Positions 1 to 9,661 of a stretch of DNA of 64,000 nucleotides are shown here, one piece after another. Numbering within the stretch: the first letter of the stretch is position 1; each line of letters opens with the position of its first letter. The translations under genes were made by a program, and so were the position numbers. The DNA comes from a virus. Location of the stretch: positions 65,641-129,640 of the IMG/VR virus record IMGVR_UViG_3300013132_000025. One strand, given 5' to 3'. Below the pieces are notes generated by a model. It worked only from the letters and a program-made list of their open reading frames with translations, was not told the origin of the DNA and searched no databases.

Positions 1-3000
1 TCTGTTGAGAATAGTTTTTTCTCGGCTGATTTCTATCAGCATACATAAATCTTACAGAACTAACCGGAATTCCCGCTTCTTTTGCAGCATTCATCCATAC
101 ATCTTTGTGTCCTTCTGGATTAACTGCCTCTTCTTCAAAAGGATATTCTGGCCTATTGTTTTCTGCAAAATTATACCATTCACCCTCTCCTCCAGTAATT
201 TTATGATATTCCTCTGGAGAAGTCATATGAATAAGATCTTTAGTCTCTGGGTTATATAAGCCGCGCCAATTTGGAAATCCTCCAATATCCCAGTGAGTGT
301 CATTCCATTCTTTTGTTGGCTCATCATCATCTTCGTCATCATAATAAATACGATCAGGATCAGATTGTGCAATTTCCATCTGACCATGCTGGTTGATGAT
401 TGCAGCATTGTATCCCCTTATCCAGTGAGAAGTTTTTACACTTCCAGTTTTAGTATCATAACCCCCATGCTCTCTTTCCCAAGAATTTAAAGGACGTTTT
501 CTTTCATAAATTCTTCTTGCCCTCTGGACTTCTTCTGGCATTTCTAAATCGGCAATATTTAGATCTTCTAAATGACCTGTTTGATTATTGAGAACACGAA
601 TAGAATCTAGTTCTATTCCGGTTTGTTCTGCTAACTGTTTCCAAAATGCTTCCATCCTGTCTCGCTCATCCTGATCCAAACTCTTAAAGTTGTAATCAGT
701 TTCATCCCAAAAGTCTGGATGAGACATATGGATAAAATCTTTTGTTACTGGATTATAAAGGCCTCTTGCTGTATGATGATTATAATAGTGAGTGCGACTA
801 TCTTTATCTGCAACAGATTCTCTCATGGATTTTGTGCCAAGATCGTTTATATATTCAGCAGTAACGCCGCCATGAGTTAGTTTGTCATTGAAGCCCACAT
901 CCATATGCCACACATCTGTTTCTGGGTCTCTAAGAGCGACGGCTGCGTGATATCCATCTACCCAGTAAGATAGTTTAGACATATAATCTAGGGCCATTAC
1001 AACGGCTGCTTTTTCAGAAAACCCACTTTTTATTAAAGATTTTTCTATTTTTTCTTGAAAATCTATTTTTTCTGAAAAAGAACGTTTTTCCGTTAAAAAC
1101 TTAGAATTAGCAAATTTTATTTCGATATCGTCTTCTCCATCCCAATTGTCCCAATCTTTTTGCTTTGGAGAAGAGTTATCAAATAATTGTAATTGTTGCG
1201 GTTTTTCTTTTTCATCAATAAGATTTACAAGTTCTGGATCTATTTTTTCATTAAACATAACAACATCTTTATCTTCAGCATCTTTAGGGTGATACATTAA
1301 TGAAAAACGTTTAATTGGAATTTCAGATTTAGAATTTTTAGCAGCATTTAACCAAGTTTGTTGATGTTCTTCCAACGAGGAATCAAAATTATTTTTTCCT
1401 GTAATATATTCAGGAATAACAATCTTTCCATTTTTTAATCTTTTTGCCCATTCTTTTTTTACTTTTTCATATTCTGATGGGTTTGTCATATGGATTAGAT
1501 GACCTGTTGTTGGATTATAAAGACCACGGTGGGTGTATGGAGCAAAAACATCTCCATGGATAACTCTTTCATTTTTTCCATATTTCATAACCGGATAACC
1601 TAACGGGCTATCATAGATAACAGCAGAATGATATCCATCTAAATAATTAGATTTTTTCTCAGGCAGACCCTTACTACTTTGCCCTTTAACGTATTCACAG
1701 GCTTGGGCGCGAATCATCCCTTCCGGTGGTTCTATTGATCCATTGCAAATGCCTTGCATATAGCGGTACTGCGCTTTACTTCTTGCCGGGGCTTCTTTTT
1801 TTATCCACTTAGATTTTTTATTCCACGGAACGGGATCACTATCTAATACTATTTTGAACCCGGTTGATGGTATTCCACTTTTTTCAATTCCCTCTTTCCA
1901 GTCGTTCATAATTGGTTGAAAATTTTGTTTAATATCATAGTGCCATCCGGTTGATCCAAAGTTATTCCAATCTGGGTGAGTAAGGTGTTCTATTACTCCA
2001 GTTGGAGGATGATATATCCCTCTCATAACGTGGCCTAGATATCCATTACCAAAAATTCCATCGTCGCCCTGCAATTCATCATGTGTCTTTTTTATTTCTG
2101 GATTTTCATCAAGCACTTGTTGCATTAATTGATAATGCTCATACAGATTGCCCTTATCGTCCCACCCACCTTCTCCATTTGCTGTACCATCATCTGTTTT
2201 AGCAATCCACTCTCCCGTTATTGGATCCCTGACATTAACAATTGCAACTTTATCATTCCAATACTCTTCATAATCTTCGTTTTTATTGTTTGCTATTTCC
2301 CATTTAGACTGTTTTAAACTAGGGTCTATGGTGTATCCACCAGTCATTCCGGGGTTCAAACTAGTTAGATTTTGTTGAGGACTTGTGTGATATAATTTAA
2401 TAGAAGAAATTTTCCACTTAGATTCTACAGATGGCAATGGCAATCTTCTTTTTGAACCATGATCTTCATAATATTTATCAATAATAGATTTAACATCTTC
2501 ATCAACATCTTTATTTGCCATAGAAAAGTTAATCCAACGAGGTTTATAGACTGGATCAGATTTTTCAATAAGAGGATATTTTCTCATGAAATCGGCAAAT
2601 TTGTTTGCATCTATTTCCATAGGATGTTCAAGATAGTTTTCTTTAAATTTTCTTTCTACTTCTTCGTCAGAAAGCCCAGAGATATCTGTAGGATCAAAGT
2701 AAGAATCTCTTAACTCTTGTGTAAATCGGCCCTCTTGATCCTGATAGGCATGTTGAAGTTCGTGCCACAGGGCTTCGTTAGCAGACTCAGCAGAGATTAG
2801 GGGATTGATGTGAATACTTCCTGCGTTATTTGAGGTAGCCGCTTCGTGGGTGCCCAAAGGAGTTCTCCTCCAATGTCTCATACTTATGTCATCAGTTGGG
2901 GCACTCTTGGGGTCAACTGTAAAAACATTATATCTTCCCTTGACTGGGAAATCTGGATGATTAAGAACCTTTTCAAGATTTTTGTAATTTAGTTTCCAGC

Positions 3001-5236
3001 GGTGTCCTCTTACCTCTGGGTTCCATTTATATCTTTCTTCTAGATATTCTTGAGTTGGCTCTTCTGATTTTTCATAACCTTTTGCATATTCTTCTGCTTT
3101 TTCTGCTGGAGGAACAGCAATCTTCCATTTAGAAAGCGAAACAAAATCTTGTTTTTGAGCCTTTTCTTTTAACTTTTGATTAATAATATGAGCGTTAATT
3201 GGCTTAGGCAATTCATCTTTTATCCATCTCAACACTGCTAATGAAAGTCTAGGATATCTTTTATTAAAATTATTTACAGTTTCTTGCTTATAACGACTGG
3301 GTGATATTGCGTGACCCTTCTCATCTAAGTGACTTAAATATATCTCTGCACCAGCGTCAAAATAACCATCATATGTATTATCTCTTGGTTCATTATAATG
3401 AATACTATTTAAATATGTTGGATATCTATGTTCTCCATAATCTGCTTCTAAAGATTCTTCTGAATGCCCCGCAATCCTGTCATCGTTTGAATGGTACTCA
3501 AAAGAATTTGGTCCATTAAGAACATATTGCATTCCATACACAATTTGATTAGTTTCTGGATCATAAAAATGAATAGTATGGTAAGTTGTATGGTCAGAGA
3601 AACTATTATGTCCAAAATCTTTAACTTCAGTTAGGGAGCGAGTATCTGAATCGCTCCCCATTCTTGCTATTGGAATAACACCATATCTAGAAAATTCAGG
3701 AACAATATCGTTAATAATTCTGTAATTTTGTGGAATTTTATATTGTTCTATATTTCTTACATCTATAGGTTTTGCTCTTTCTGTTGAAACAATAACCCAA
3801 GACTGTTTTTCCATTTGATTTATTAGTTTAGAGTAGAAACCCCAGCCCCCAATAGGATCTTTATATGTATCTGGTTGAGGGTTGTTCTTACGACGAACTT
3901 TTTTCCATTTCTTGCCGTTAACAATAATCTCTTCATCTTCATGCTCTTGAGATGTATCTTCATTTTGAATAGATTCAAAAATTGTTTCAGCAACGGGAGT
4001 GCCATCTGTGTGTTGGCGATACATCCTATTAGCATCTTGACTTTCTGATATTTTCCATTTTGAATTTGTTAAAAGACCTTTTCTTTTTGCAACTTCTTCT
4101 ATTTTTTTATTTGCAAATTCAGCAGAATATGGAGCAGGAAGATTTTTTTGAATCCATGTAAGGATTCTTCTTCCGGCATTAGGATAAAGATTCTGTATTT
4201 CATACATCCTTTCAAAATCTTCATTTGAAAGGTCATGTTTATCTTTTCCAAACTCATGCAAATAAAAAGAGTCTCCTCTAAAGTAACGTTTTGGTCCTTT
4301 ACTATAACCAATATCTACCATTGCAGGATGATGCATTTTAATTGCATTGATATAGGTGCCACCTTCTTTTACCTCTCCAGAATGGGTTTCTCCGTTTCCA
4401 CCCTTATATTCAAGACTAAATGGGATATCTCCCCTTTCAGGATCCCAAAAAGCAATGATATGTGATGGAGAATTTGTTGACATTGGATTTATTGGTTCAT
4501 TATAAGAAACATCATGAGGAGCATTTATTGTTCTTGTTGCGTTTGCGGAAGCAACTGGAATCAGTCCCGTGCCCTTAAAATGATCTACCATAGAAGAAAT
4601 TACAGCAAAAGATTCTGGAATATCTATATTAGAAATCTTTCGCTTAGATTGCTTAAATGGCCCATAAAGTGCCCTCTGCATCAATTGTGCCTGAGTAGGG
4701 ATTGGCGTATCTTTGTTTGCGGCTGCCAACCCTTCATGCAATCCCGGAATAAACCCAACTCTTTGATCGGTAAATCTTCCACGATGAATAGCATATCCTG
4801 TTTGCCCAAGGCACTCTGTTGCTAGAGCCTTTTGCGCGTGAGGACTTGATAGAGCAAAATGAGTTGAGCAGGCATCATTCTCTCCATGCCAGCCAAAGTC
4901 GCCATCAGTTGCTGCGTGACCAAAAACATCATGAACAATCCTGAAGTTAATATTATCTTGGGGAGTCCAAACTGGATGATCTGCGTTTGCTGTAGAAACA
5001 ACAAAATTTCTGTTGTCTCGGATATCACGAATCATATCCGCAGAAGTATTATAAGGTTCTGGATTATCTGTTTCCGTTATGTTTAGGTGTTGCCTAATAT
5101 AATCAGCATGTTTTTTTGACTCGTCTGCCAATTGTTTCCAAGCGTGAACCGCTTTGGGATCATACTTTGGCAAAGCGTCATATCCAACAGCCACATCTTC
5201 AATATTGTGGCGAGAGTGATCCATATTCCATTGCAT
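1..5236 (-). CDS. Giant modular (polyvalent/polyprotein-like) virion protein, partial; >1745 aa, runs off the left edge
   Basis: Manually translated from ATG at 5236 (MQWNMDHSRHNIEDVAVGYDALPKYDPKAV...) with no stop to position 1; absent from the ORF track because it has no stop in the window. Contains an FRIVHDVFGH module, two similar ~180-aa modules, an HELQH...E zincin motif, a DUF3008-like module and four RGxYNPxT modules. Confidence 0.9.
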   Translation of the reverse strand, partial: MQWNMDHSRHNIEDVAVGYDALPKYDPKAVHAWKQLADESKKHADYIRQHLNITETDNPEPYNTSADMIRDIRDNRNFVVSTANADHPVWTPQDNINFRIVHDVFGHAATDGDFGWHGENDACSTHFALSSPHAQKALATECLGQTGYAIHRGRFTDQRVGFIPGLHEGLAAANKDTPIPTQAQLMQRALYGPFKQSKRKISNIDIPESFAVISSMVDHFKGTGLIPVASANATRTINAPHDVSYNEPINPMSTNSPSHIIAFWDPERGDIPFSLEYKGGNGETHSGEVKEGGTYINAIKMHHPAMVDIGYSKGPKRYFRGDSFYLHEFGKDKHDLSNEDFERMYEIQNLYPNAGRRILTWIQKNLPAPYSAEFANKKIEEVAKRKGLLTNSKWKISESQDANRMYRQHTDGTPVAETIFESIQNEDTSQEHEDEEIIVNGKKWKKVRRKNNPQPDTYKDPIGGWGFYSKLINQMEKQSWVIVSTERAKPIDVRNIEQYKIPQNYRIINDIVPEFSRYGVIPIARMGSDSDTRSLTEVKDFGHNSFSDHTTYHTIHFYDPETNQIVYGMQYVLNGPNSFEYHSNDDRIAGHSEESLEADYGEHRYPTYLNSIHYNEPRDNTYDGYFDAGAEIYLSHLDEKGHAISPSRYKQETVNNFNKRYPRLSLAVLRWIKDELPKPINAHIINQKLKEKAQKQDFVSLSKWKIAVPPAEKAEEYAKGYEKSEEPTQEYLEERYKWNPEVRGHRWKLNYKNLEKVLNHPDFPVKGRYNVFTVDPKSAPTDDISMRHWRRTPLGTHEAATSNNAGSIHINPLISAESANEALWHELQHAYQDQEGRFTQELRDSYFDPTDISGLSDEEVERKFKENYLEHPMEIDANKFADFMRKYPLIEKSDPVYKPRWINFSMANKDVDEDVKSIIDKYYEDHGSKRRLPLPSVESKWKISSIKLYHTSPQQNLTSLNPGMTGGYTIDPSLKQSKWEIANNKNEDYEEYWNDKVAIVNVRDPITGEWIAKTDDGTANGEGGWDDKGNLYEHYQLMQQVLDENPEIKKTHDELQGDDGIFGNGYLGHVMRGIYHPPTGVIEHLTHPDWNNFGSTGWHYDIKQNFQPIMNDWKEGIEKSGIPSTGFKIVLDSDPVPWNKKSKWIKKEAPARSKAQYRYMQGICNGSIEPPEGMIRAQACEYVKGQSSKGLPEKKSNYLDGYHSAVIYDSPLGYPVMKYGKNERVIHGDVFAPYTHRGLYNPTTGHLIHMTNPSEYEKVKKEWAKRLKNGKIVIPEYITGKNNFDSSLEEHQQTWLNAAKNSKSEIPIKRFSLMYHPKDAEDKDVVMFNEKIDPELVNLIDEKEKPQQLQLFDNSSPKQKDWDNWDGEDDIEIKFANSKFLTEKRSFSEKIDFQEKIEKSLIKSGFSEKAAVVMALDYMSKLSYWVDGYHAAVALRDPETDVWHMDVGFNDKLTHGGVTAEYINDLGTKSMRESVADKDSRTHYYNHHTARGLYNPVTKDFIHMSHPDFWDETDYNFKSLDQDERDRMEAFWKQLAEQTGIELDSIRVLNNQTGHLEDLNIADLEMPEEVQRARRIYERKRPLNSWEREHGGYDTKTGSVKTSHWIRGYNAAIINQHGQMEIAQSDPDRIYYDDEDDDEPTKEWNDTHWDIGGFPNWRGLYNPETKDLIHMTSPEEYHKITGGEGEWYNFAENNRPEYPFEEEAVNPEGHKDVWMNAAKEAGIPVSSVRFMYADRNQPRKNYSQQ

Positions 5237-5282
5237 AAACAAAAGCCCCCAGACCTATACATATATTATGGTCTGAGGGCTT
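5237..5282 (-). terminator. Intrinsic terminator-like hairpin abutting the giant ORF start
   Basis: Minus strand AAGCCCTCAGACC-14 nt-GGTCTGGGGGCTT followed by TTGTTT and then ATG. Confidence 0.6.
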
Positions 5283-5289
5283 ATATTTA

Positions 5290-5724
5290 TTAGGCCAAAA
5301 CTAGATCTTGAACAGGCCAAACATATTCCAGATCGTTAGGCGTATCGGGCCAGAACTGACTATAGTAATAAAAGTCCTTGCGGAGCAAATTTGACTTATG
5401 AGAATTGTGGAAGTCGTCATTACCGAGCCACGGAGGGAGTTCTACAATATTGTTGCTTACGCGCTCGCGGAACCACGGTAGTTGTGTGTCGTTATAGCCG
5501 CGCTCAATCCACTCAATGCAGATAACCGCACCATAGTAAGCAAGAGCAGTTTCGTAACCACGCCACATATTAACAGCAGGATGATTGCGCCAACCTTTAG
5601 CCTCATCGCCACGATCAATAGTGAGAAGAACTTGCTTCGCTTCGACACGCTGCTTGCCTAGCCTACGCCAGTCAAGAACTGATGCTGTTTCATAAAAGTC
5701 TGAATATGGAAGGAAAGTTTGCAT
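5290..5724 (-). CDS. Pyrimidine-dimer DNA glycosylase / endonuclease V-like protein (MSMEG_6728-type)
   Basis: MQTFLPY..LDxRRLGKQRVE..W.NHPAV.MWRGYE..LPPWLG..FH.SH.SNLLRKD..YVWP family signature. Confidence 0.85.
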   Translation of the reverse strand: MQTFLPYSDFYETASVLDWRRLGKQRVEAKQVLLTIDRGDEAKGWRNHPAVNMWRGYETALAYYGAVICIEWIERGYNDTQLPWFRERVSNNIVELPPWLGNDDFHNSHKSNLLRKDFYYYSQFWPDTPNDLEYVWPVQDLVLA

Positions 5725-5733
5725 ATATGTATC

Positions 5734-6006
5734 CTACATAAACCTTAGATCTTTGTCAACATCTTGAATAACAATTTGTCTCTTCAGGGCAAGGTTGATC
5801 TGCCTGAGTTGTTTAACCTCAATTGCTAGTTTTGCAATATCAGTAGCGGCATTTTCAAAGAAAATTACATGAGAATTACGCATTGGACGTTCTTTTTCAC
5901 TATTGATATAAATATATCTACTATCTGTAGAGATATCTACGTTCCAATCCGTAGGAGTTACATTTCTCAGACGCTCGCTAATTTCATCTAGATCATTTTC
6001 AATCAC
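5734..6006 (-). CDS. Hypothetical protein
   Basis: 90-aa ORF in a tight minus-strand operon; GGAG RBS. Confidence 0.65.
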   Translation of the reverse strand: MIENDLDEISERLRNVTPTDWNVDISTDSRYIYINSEKERPMRNSHVIFFENAATDIAKLAIEVKQLRQINLALKRQIVIQDVDKDLRFM

Positions 6007-6218
6007 TTATTACTCCCCGCTCTTATATTTGCTCTATTTATCTTATCACCCAGTCTTACCTTTTCAATTTCTCTAAGAGTAAGATCTGATTTAAAGGTTT
6101 TAAGTTCTTTAATAAAATCAATTGCAATATCTAATTGTCTTTGCAAAGATTTATTTTCTTCAGTTACTCCTACTAATTTGTCTGTGAAATTTGCCCACAT
6201 ATCTTCCCAATCAATCAT
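6003..6218 (-). CDS. Hypothetical coiled-coil protein
   Basis: 71 aa, GGAGA RBS, 4-nt overlap with next gene. Confidence 0.65.
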   Translation of the reverse strand: MIDWEDMWANFTDKLVGVTEENKSLQRQLDIAIDFIKELKTFKSDLTLREIEKVRLGDKINRANIRAGSNK

Positions 6219-6233
6219 TGTATATCTCCATAT

Positions 6234-6262
6234 AAAAAGGGGGCGGATTTCCGCTCCCTTTT
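6234..6262. terminator. Bidirectional intrinsic terminator
   Basis: AAAAAGGGGGCGGATTTCCGCTCCCTTTT hairpin with A/T tails. Confidence 0.75.
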
Positions 6263-6265
6263 AAT

Positions 6266-6463
6266 CTAACTTACTACAGGAGCGCTTGACAGAACCTTAT
6301 GCCAAGCAACCTTAATGTCTTCATCCCTCGTTGCCGCATCCTGAACAAGAGCAACAGGATTGGAATTTGGGAAATTATCATCCAGACCGAAGCGAGAAAC
6401 AATCTCAGTTGCTCCAGCGCGAAGGTGGTCGGTATGTGCGGTGCTTACAAGTCCAAAGTGCAT
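6266..6463 (-). CDS. Hypothetical protein
   Basis: 65 aa, GAAAGG RBS. Confidence 0.55.
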   Translation of the reverse strand: MHFGLVSTAHTDHLRAGATEIVSRFGLDDNFPNSNPVALVQDAATRDEDIKVAWHKVLSSAPVVS

Positions 6464-6476
6464 TTTATGCCTTTCG

Positions 6477-6896
6477 TTAGTTTAAGAATGTATTTGGGTC
6501 CAACTCGGGTCCATCATAATTACGAACAAACTCTGCCTCGTCTTCTTCAAGAAAAGTTACATTGAGAGGAATTTCAATTACCTGCAATGTCTCTCCCTTG
6601 GTTTTTTCAAAGATGAAAGACATTTGATCGTAAATGTCAAGGGCATCCTCAACATCAAGAGAAGCATACACAATAGTATGCTCTCTTGCAACTACATAGA
6701 CGGATAATCCATCATCGTCAATCTCTTCGTCGCCGTAGATAAAGAAATTGTTCTCCTTCATACCGTGTACTCGTTTCTGGTTGATATGAAAACTCATAGG
6801 TTTCCATTGCTTTTTCGTATTCCTTTTCAAAGGAAACGTTTTTATTTGAATTAGTCCATCCGTATGCGTACAGATCGTGAAATTCAGACTTCTCAC
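6477..6896 (-). CDS. Hypothetical acidic protein (true start probably MKENNF near 6761; a short upstream ORF 6718-6906 overlaps)
   Basis: The acidic C-terminal part looks coding; start uncertain. Confidence 0.5.
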   Translation of the reverse strand: MRSLNFTICTHTDGLIQIKTFPLKRNTKKQWKPMSFHINQKRVHGMKENNFFIYGDEEIDDDGLSVYVVAREHTIVYASLDVEDALDIYDQMSFIFEKTKGETLQVIEIPLNVTFLEEDEAEFVRNYDGPELDPNTFLN

Positions 6897-6924
6897 TGTT
6901 GTTCATGCCGAATCCTGACTCCAG

Positions 6925-7224
6925 TTAGTTAATAGCATTTTCGATGACTGATGACCCATCTTTGCTTATCAGCCAATCAAGGACGCGATTTTTAACTTCT
7001 TCGGCGTCCATATCTGAATTTGGGGCATCAAACGACGTAATACCTATTGCATAGGGAATGCTAGGCTCATATCCAAAACGGACAGAGATGGCGTTGTCTC
7101 CATTACGGTTTGTTGCCGTTATGTAAATCAAATTACTTTGACTTACCCTGAGTGCAAGATGCACTGAATGTGTAACGCTAACATCAAGTTTTTCTATTCT
7201 TAGTTCTCTCATGGAACTTTTCAT
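6925..7224 (-). CDS. Hypothetical protein
   Basis: 99 aa, AGGAG RBS. Confidence 0.65.
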   Translation of the reverse strand: MKSSMRELRIEKLDVSVTHSVHLALRVSQSNLIYITATNRNGDNAISVRFGYEPSIPYAIGITSFDAPNSDMDAEEVKNRVLDWLISKDGSSVIENAIN

Positions 7225-7265
7225 ACTCCTAACTTAGCATATCTCAACCAAACTTCAAAAGATTC

Positions 7266-7451
7266 TTATTCTTTAGAATCTTTCATTCTGGGATGTGGGG
7301 TAAGCCACCCAAAAACGACAGCAGTTAATGTGGCAATCGCTCCAGCAACTGTATCGGGAACAACAATTCCACACAGACTTAAAACCCAAACCACAATGAC
7401 TCCGACCGCACCACCAATAGCCGCAGTCCCTACTGTTGTATCTGGACTCAT
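7266..7451 (-). CDS. Small two-TM membrane protein, holin-like
   Basis: 61 aa, two hydrophobic helices, charged C-tail (HPRMKDSKE), AAGGAG RBS. Confidence 0.55.
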   Translation of the reverse strand: MSPDTTVGTAAIGGAVGVIVVWVLSLCGIVVPDTVAGAIATLTAVVFGWLTPHPRMKDSKE

Positions 7452-7484
7452 GATATCTCCTTTTCAACTATTATGCTTCGGAGA

Positions 7485-7730
7485 TTATGAATCCTTTATA
7501 ACATCATAGAGTTTTGTTGTCGTCCATCGAATATATGGCCACGCCAAAAATACAACAAAACTGAGGCTCCAGATGGCCATCCACACAGCAATGCATATAT
7601 TGGCTGCGGTCCCGCCGATGAAAAGAATAACTGGAAGCAAAATAACCAGAACAATTGCGCCAACAATAAAAAACCAAACAAAGATTTGCCCCATAACTTC
7701 TTCCAGATAAACTTTATTATTTTTAGTCAC
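7485..7730 (-). CDS. Small membrane protein
   Basis: Two long hydrophobic segments. Confidence 0.55.
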   Translation of the reverse strand: MTKNNKVYLEEVMGQIFVWFFIVGAIVLVILLPVILFIGGTAANICIAVWMAIWSLSFVVFLAWPYIRWTTTKLYDVIKDS

Positions 7731-7837
7731 TTTATTAATCCTATATTAATAGATATCTATATGACTTAAAGGCCTAATTATAACTTTATATAGGTACTAC
7801 TCATTAATCAAGTTAGATATAAAAGTAAAACCAAAAC

Positions 7838-7862
7838 AAAAAGGGGGCCTGCTGGCCCCCTT
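7838..7862 (-). terminator. Intrinsic terminator
   Basis: Minus strand AAGGGGGCCAGCAGGCCCCCTTTTTG just after the 7868 stop. Confidence 0.75.
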
Positions 7863-7867
7863 AATGA

Positions 7868-8134
7868 TTAACATTGAGAGTAAGCACAATCGTAGTCTTT
7901 CTCTCTCCGAGAAAAGAACCGATATGATGAATTTGGTTCAGTCTTTACATCTTGATTCTCAGTAAAGAATCTTTTGATGAGACTTCTGACTTCTTCTGAG
8001 GCAAAAGTCTGACTATTAAAATCCAATCCCCTGAGCGCGGAATAAAGATCCAATAGATCATCTCGGCTCATATTGATGCTTACAGTCTTATCCTTCTCAC
8101 TTAGGACAAGGATATCGCCCTGTTCCTTCTTCAT
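7868..8134 (-). CDS. Hypothetical protein
   Basis: 88 aa, AGGAG RBS, abuts upstream gene. Confidence 0.65.
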   Translation of the reverse strand: MKKEQGDILVLSEKDKTVSINMSRDDLLDLYSALRGLDFNSQTFASEEVRSLIKRFFTENQDVKTEPNSSYRFFSRREKDYDCAYSQC

Positions 8135-8344
8135 TTAGTTCTCCTGACTTAGATTCCAGCCTTTATTATAACAAGTATGATATGCCTCCCAGTACCCGAT
8201 GGCAACATCGCGTGGGCCTACGCCCTCAATGCGATCTAGGGCATCAAGAAACATATAGGAGCGAACGACAAGGGCAAGATCAACCTCCCTCGGCGCAGTT
8301 CGCAAAAAAATACTTTTTCCCGCTATTTCTTTATTTTGGCTCAT
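8135..8344 (-). CDS. Hypothetical protein
   Basis: 69 aa, TGATG coupling with upstream gene. Confidence 0.6.
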   Translation of the reverse strand: MSQNKEIAGKSIFLRTAPREVDLALVVRSYMFLDALDRIEGVGPRDVAIGYWEAYHTCYNKGWNLSQEN

Positions 8345-8535
8345 CAGCCTGTACGACGTAGATTAAAGATCTTGATATCCTGAACATATGCAACATTATT
8401 CAGATCAATAGACCCCTCTGCAATCTTCGTAACAAGATCCTGCTTTGCTGCCTCAATAGCCTCTGGGTCTCCCTGACCCTCGGCCTCTACATTGAGAGTA
8501 AGCACAATCTCTGCCTGAGCAGAATATGTGGCCAT
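8344..8535 (-). CDS. Hypothetical protein
   Basis: 63 aa, GAAAGGA RBS. Confidence 0.65.
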   Translation of the reverse strand: MATYSAQAEIVLTLNVEAEGQGDPEAIEAAKQDLVTKIAEGSIDLNNVAYVQDIKIFNLRRTG

Positions 8536-9073
8536 TTAAATCCTTTCTATTTATAATCCATAAACATTCCTACAAGGATAAGGAAGAACCCTATCCCCAG
8601 AATGCATACCAATAAGAATCCCAATGCATCATGGATTGCCTGCATCAGTCATCATCCTGCCTTTTCTTAACTTCCCAGATCATGAGAAGTATCAGTATGA
8701 GTGGCACTCCCAGCCATACGATATATTGACCAAAGAAATACATACAACTACTCTACCAGAAATGCTCGCAGATTTCAAAGGGCTGGGACTCCTTTGCCAA
8801 TTCATACTTTGCGTTTTAGGGATAGGGGGGGTACCCTCATGAGCGGCAAGCGCTCCCAGCCCAAGCATCTATCGCACGCATCCTTCATGCATAATCCAAC
8901 TTGGGAAAATTGCTTACAGATTTGAGAGGAGGGGGACTCCCTTTGCAGATATGGGTACCCTTATATCGTAAGTGATATGGGGGGAGGGGGTGCTACCCTG
9001 TGTTTATACAGGAGGGCTTTGTAGTCACACTTGTATGTCACAAGTATGTAAGTTACATGGGGCCATGCTTCCC

Positions 9074-9484
9074 TTACTTATCCCATGCGGGGGATACCAG
9101 ATACATAACCAGCATGGTCACAATGCCAATCCATCCCAAGGCCCCGAGGAAGGCTGAGATGATGAGGCCCCCCATCATAGCCAGCAGGATAGCGGCCCCT
9201 ATCAACCCTGCGGAATAAAGCCCTAGGGTATTGGCCTTTCTCCTCACGGGGTTCTGCCTCTCCTTGTCCTTCTTGGCCTTCTCCCATGAGGAATCCCATG
9301 AACCTTTACCCCACCTAGAAACCTGTACGGGCACGCTGTTTACATGGGGAGACACGATAGGCCCACTATTCACCACTTCTCCCCCATCCTCCCCACTTGC
9401 ATCGGATGTGTTATCTATCCCATAACCAAGGGCTATACGACTCCCATCCATGTGGCTATAGTCTGGTGATGTGTGTGACGCCAT
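9074..9484 (-). CDS. Possible membrane protein (uncertain; lies in CCCAT-rich DNA)
   Basis: C-terminal hydrophobic helices; weak RBS. Confidence 0.3.
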   Translation of the reverse strand: MASHTSPDYSHMDGSRIALGYGIDNTSDASGEDGGEVVNSGPIVSPHVNSVPVQVSRWGKGSWDSSWEKAKKDKERQNPVRRKANTLGLYSAGLIGAAILLAMMGGLIISAFLGALGWIGIVTMLVMYLVSPAWDK

Positions 9485-9661
9485 TGTTACGTTACATCCT
9501 TCTGTAGTTGTATGTATGTGACATAAGTTATAGGGCCGCCGAATGGGGTTCCCATGCCGAGGCATAGCCGCCCCCTCTGCTGCGTTCTCCCCCATACTAT
9601 CATATGTGTCAAGGCCTCGCCGTGTGCGTTTGTACCGCCTGTCCTTCTATGGGCCATGAGC

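Noticed and set aside
5-5086. Short ORFs in the track across 1-5.1 kb, suggesting non-coding DNA or stop-codon recoding
   Set aside because: One uninterrupted minus-strand frame covers the region in the standard code; the short ORFs are shadows.
7735-7835. AT-rich intergenic stretch as a replication origin
   Set aside because: No iterons; compatible with an ordinary promoter region in AT-rich DNA.
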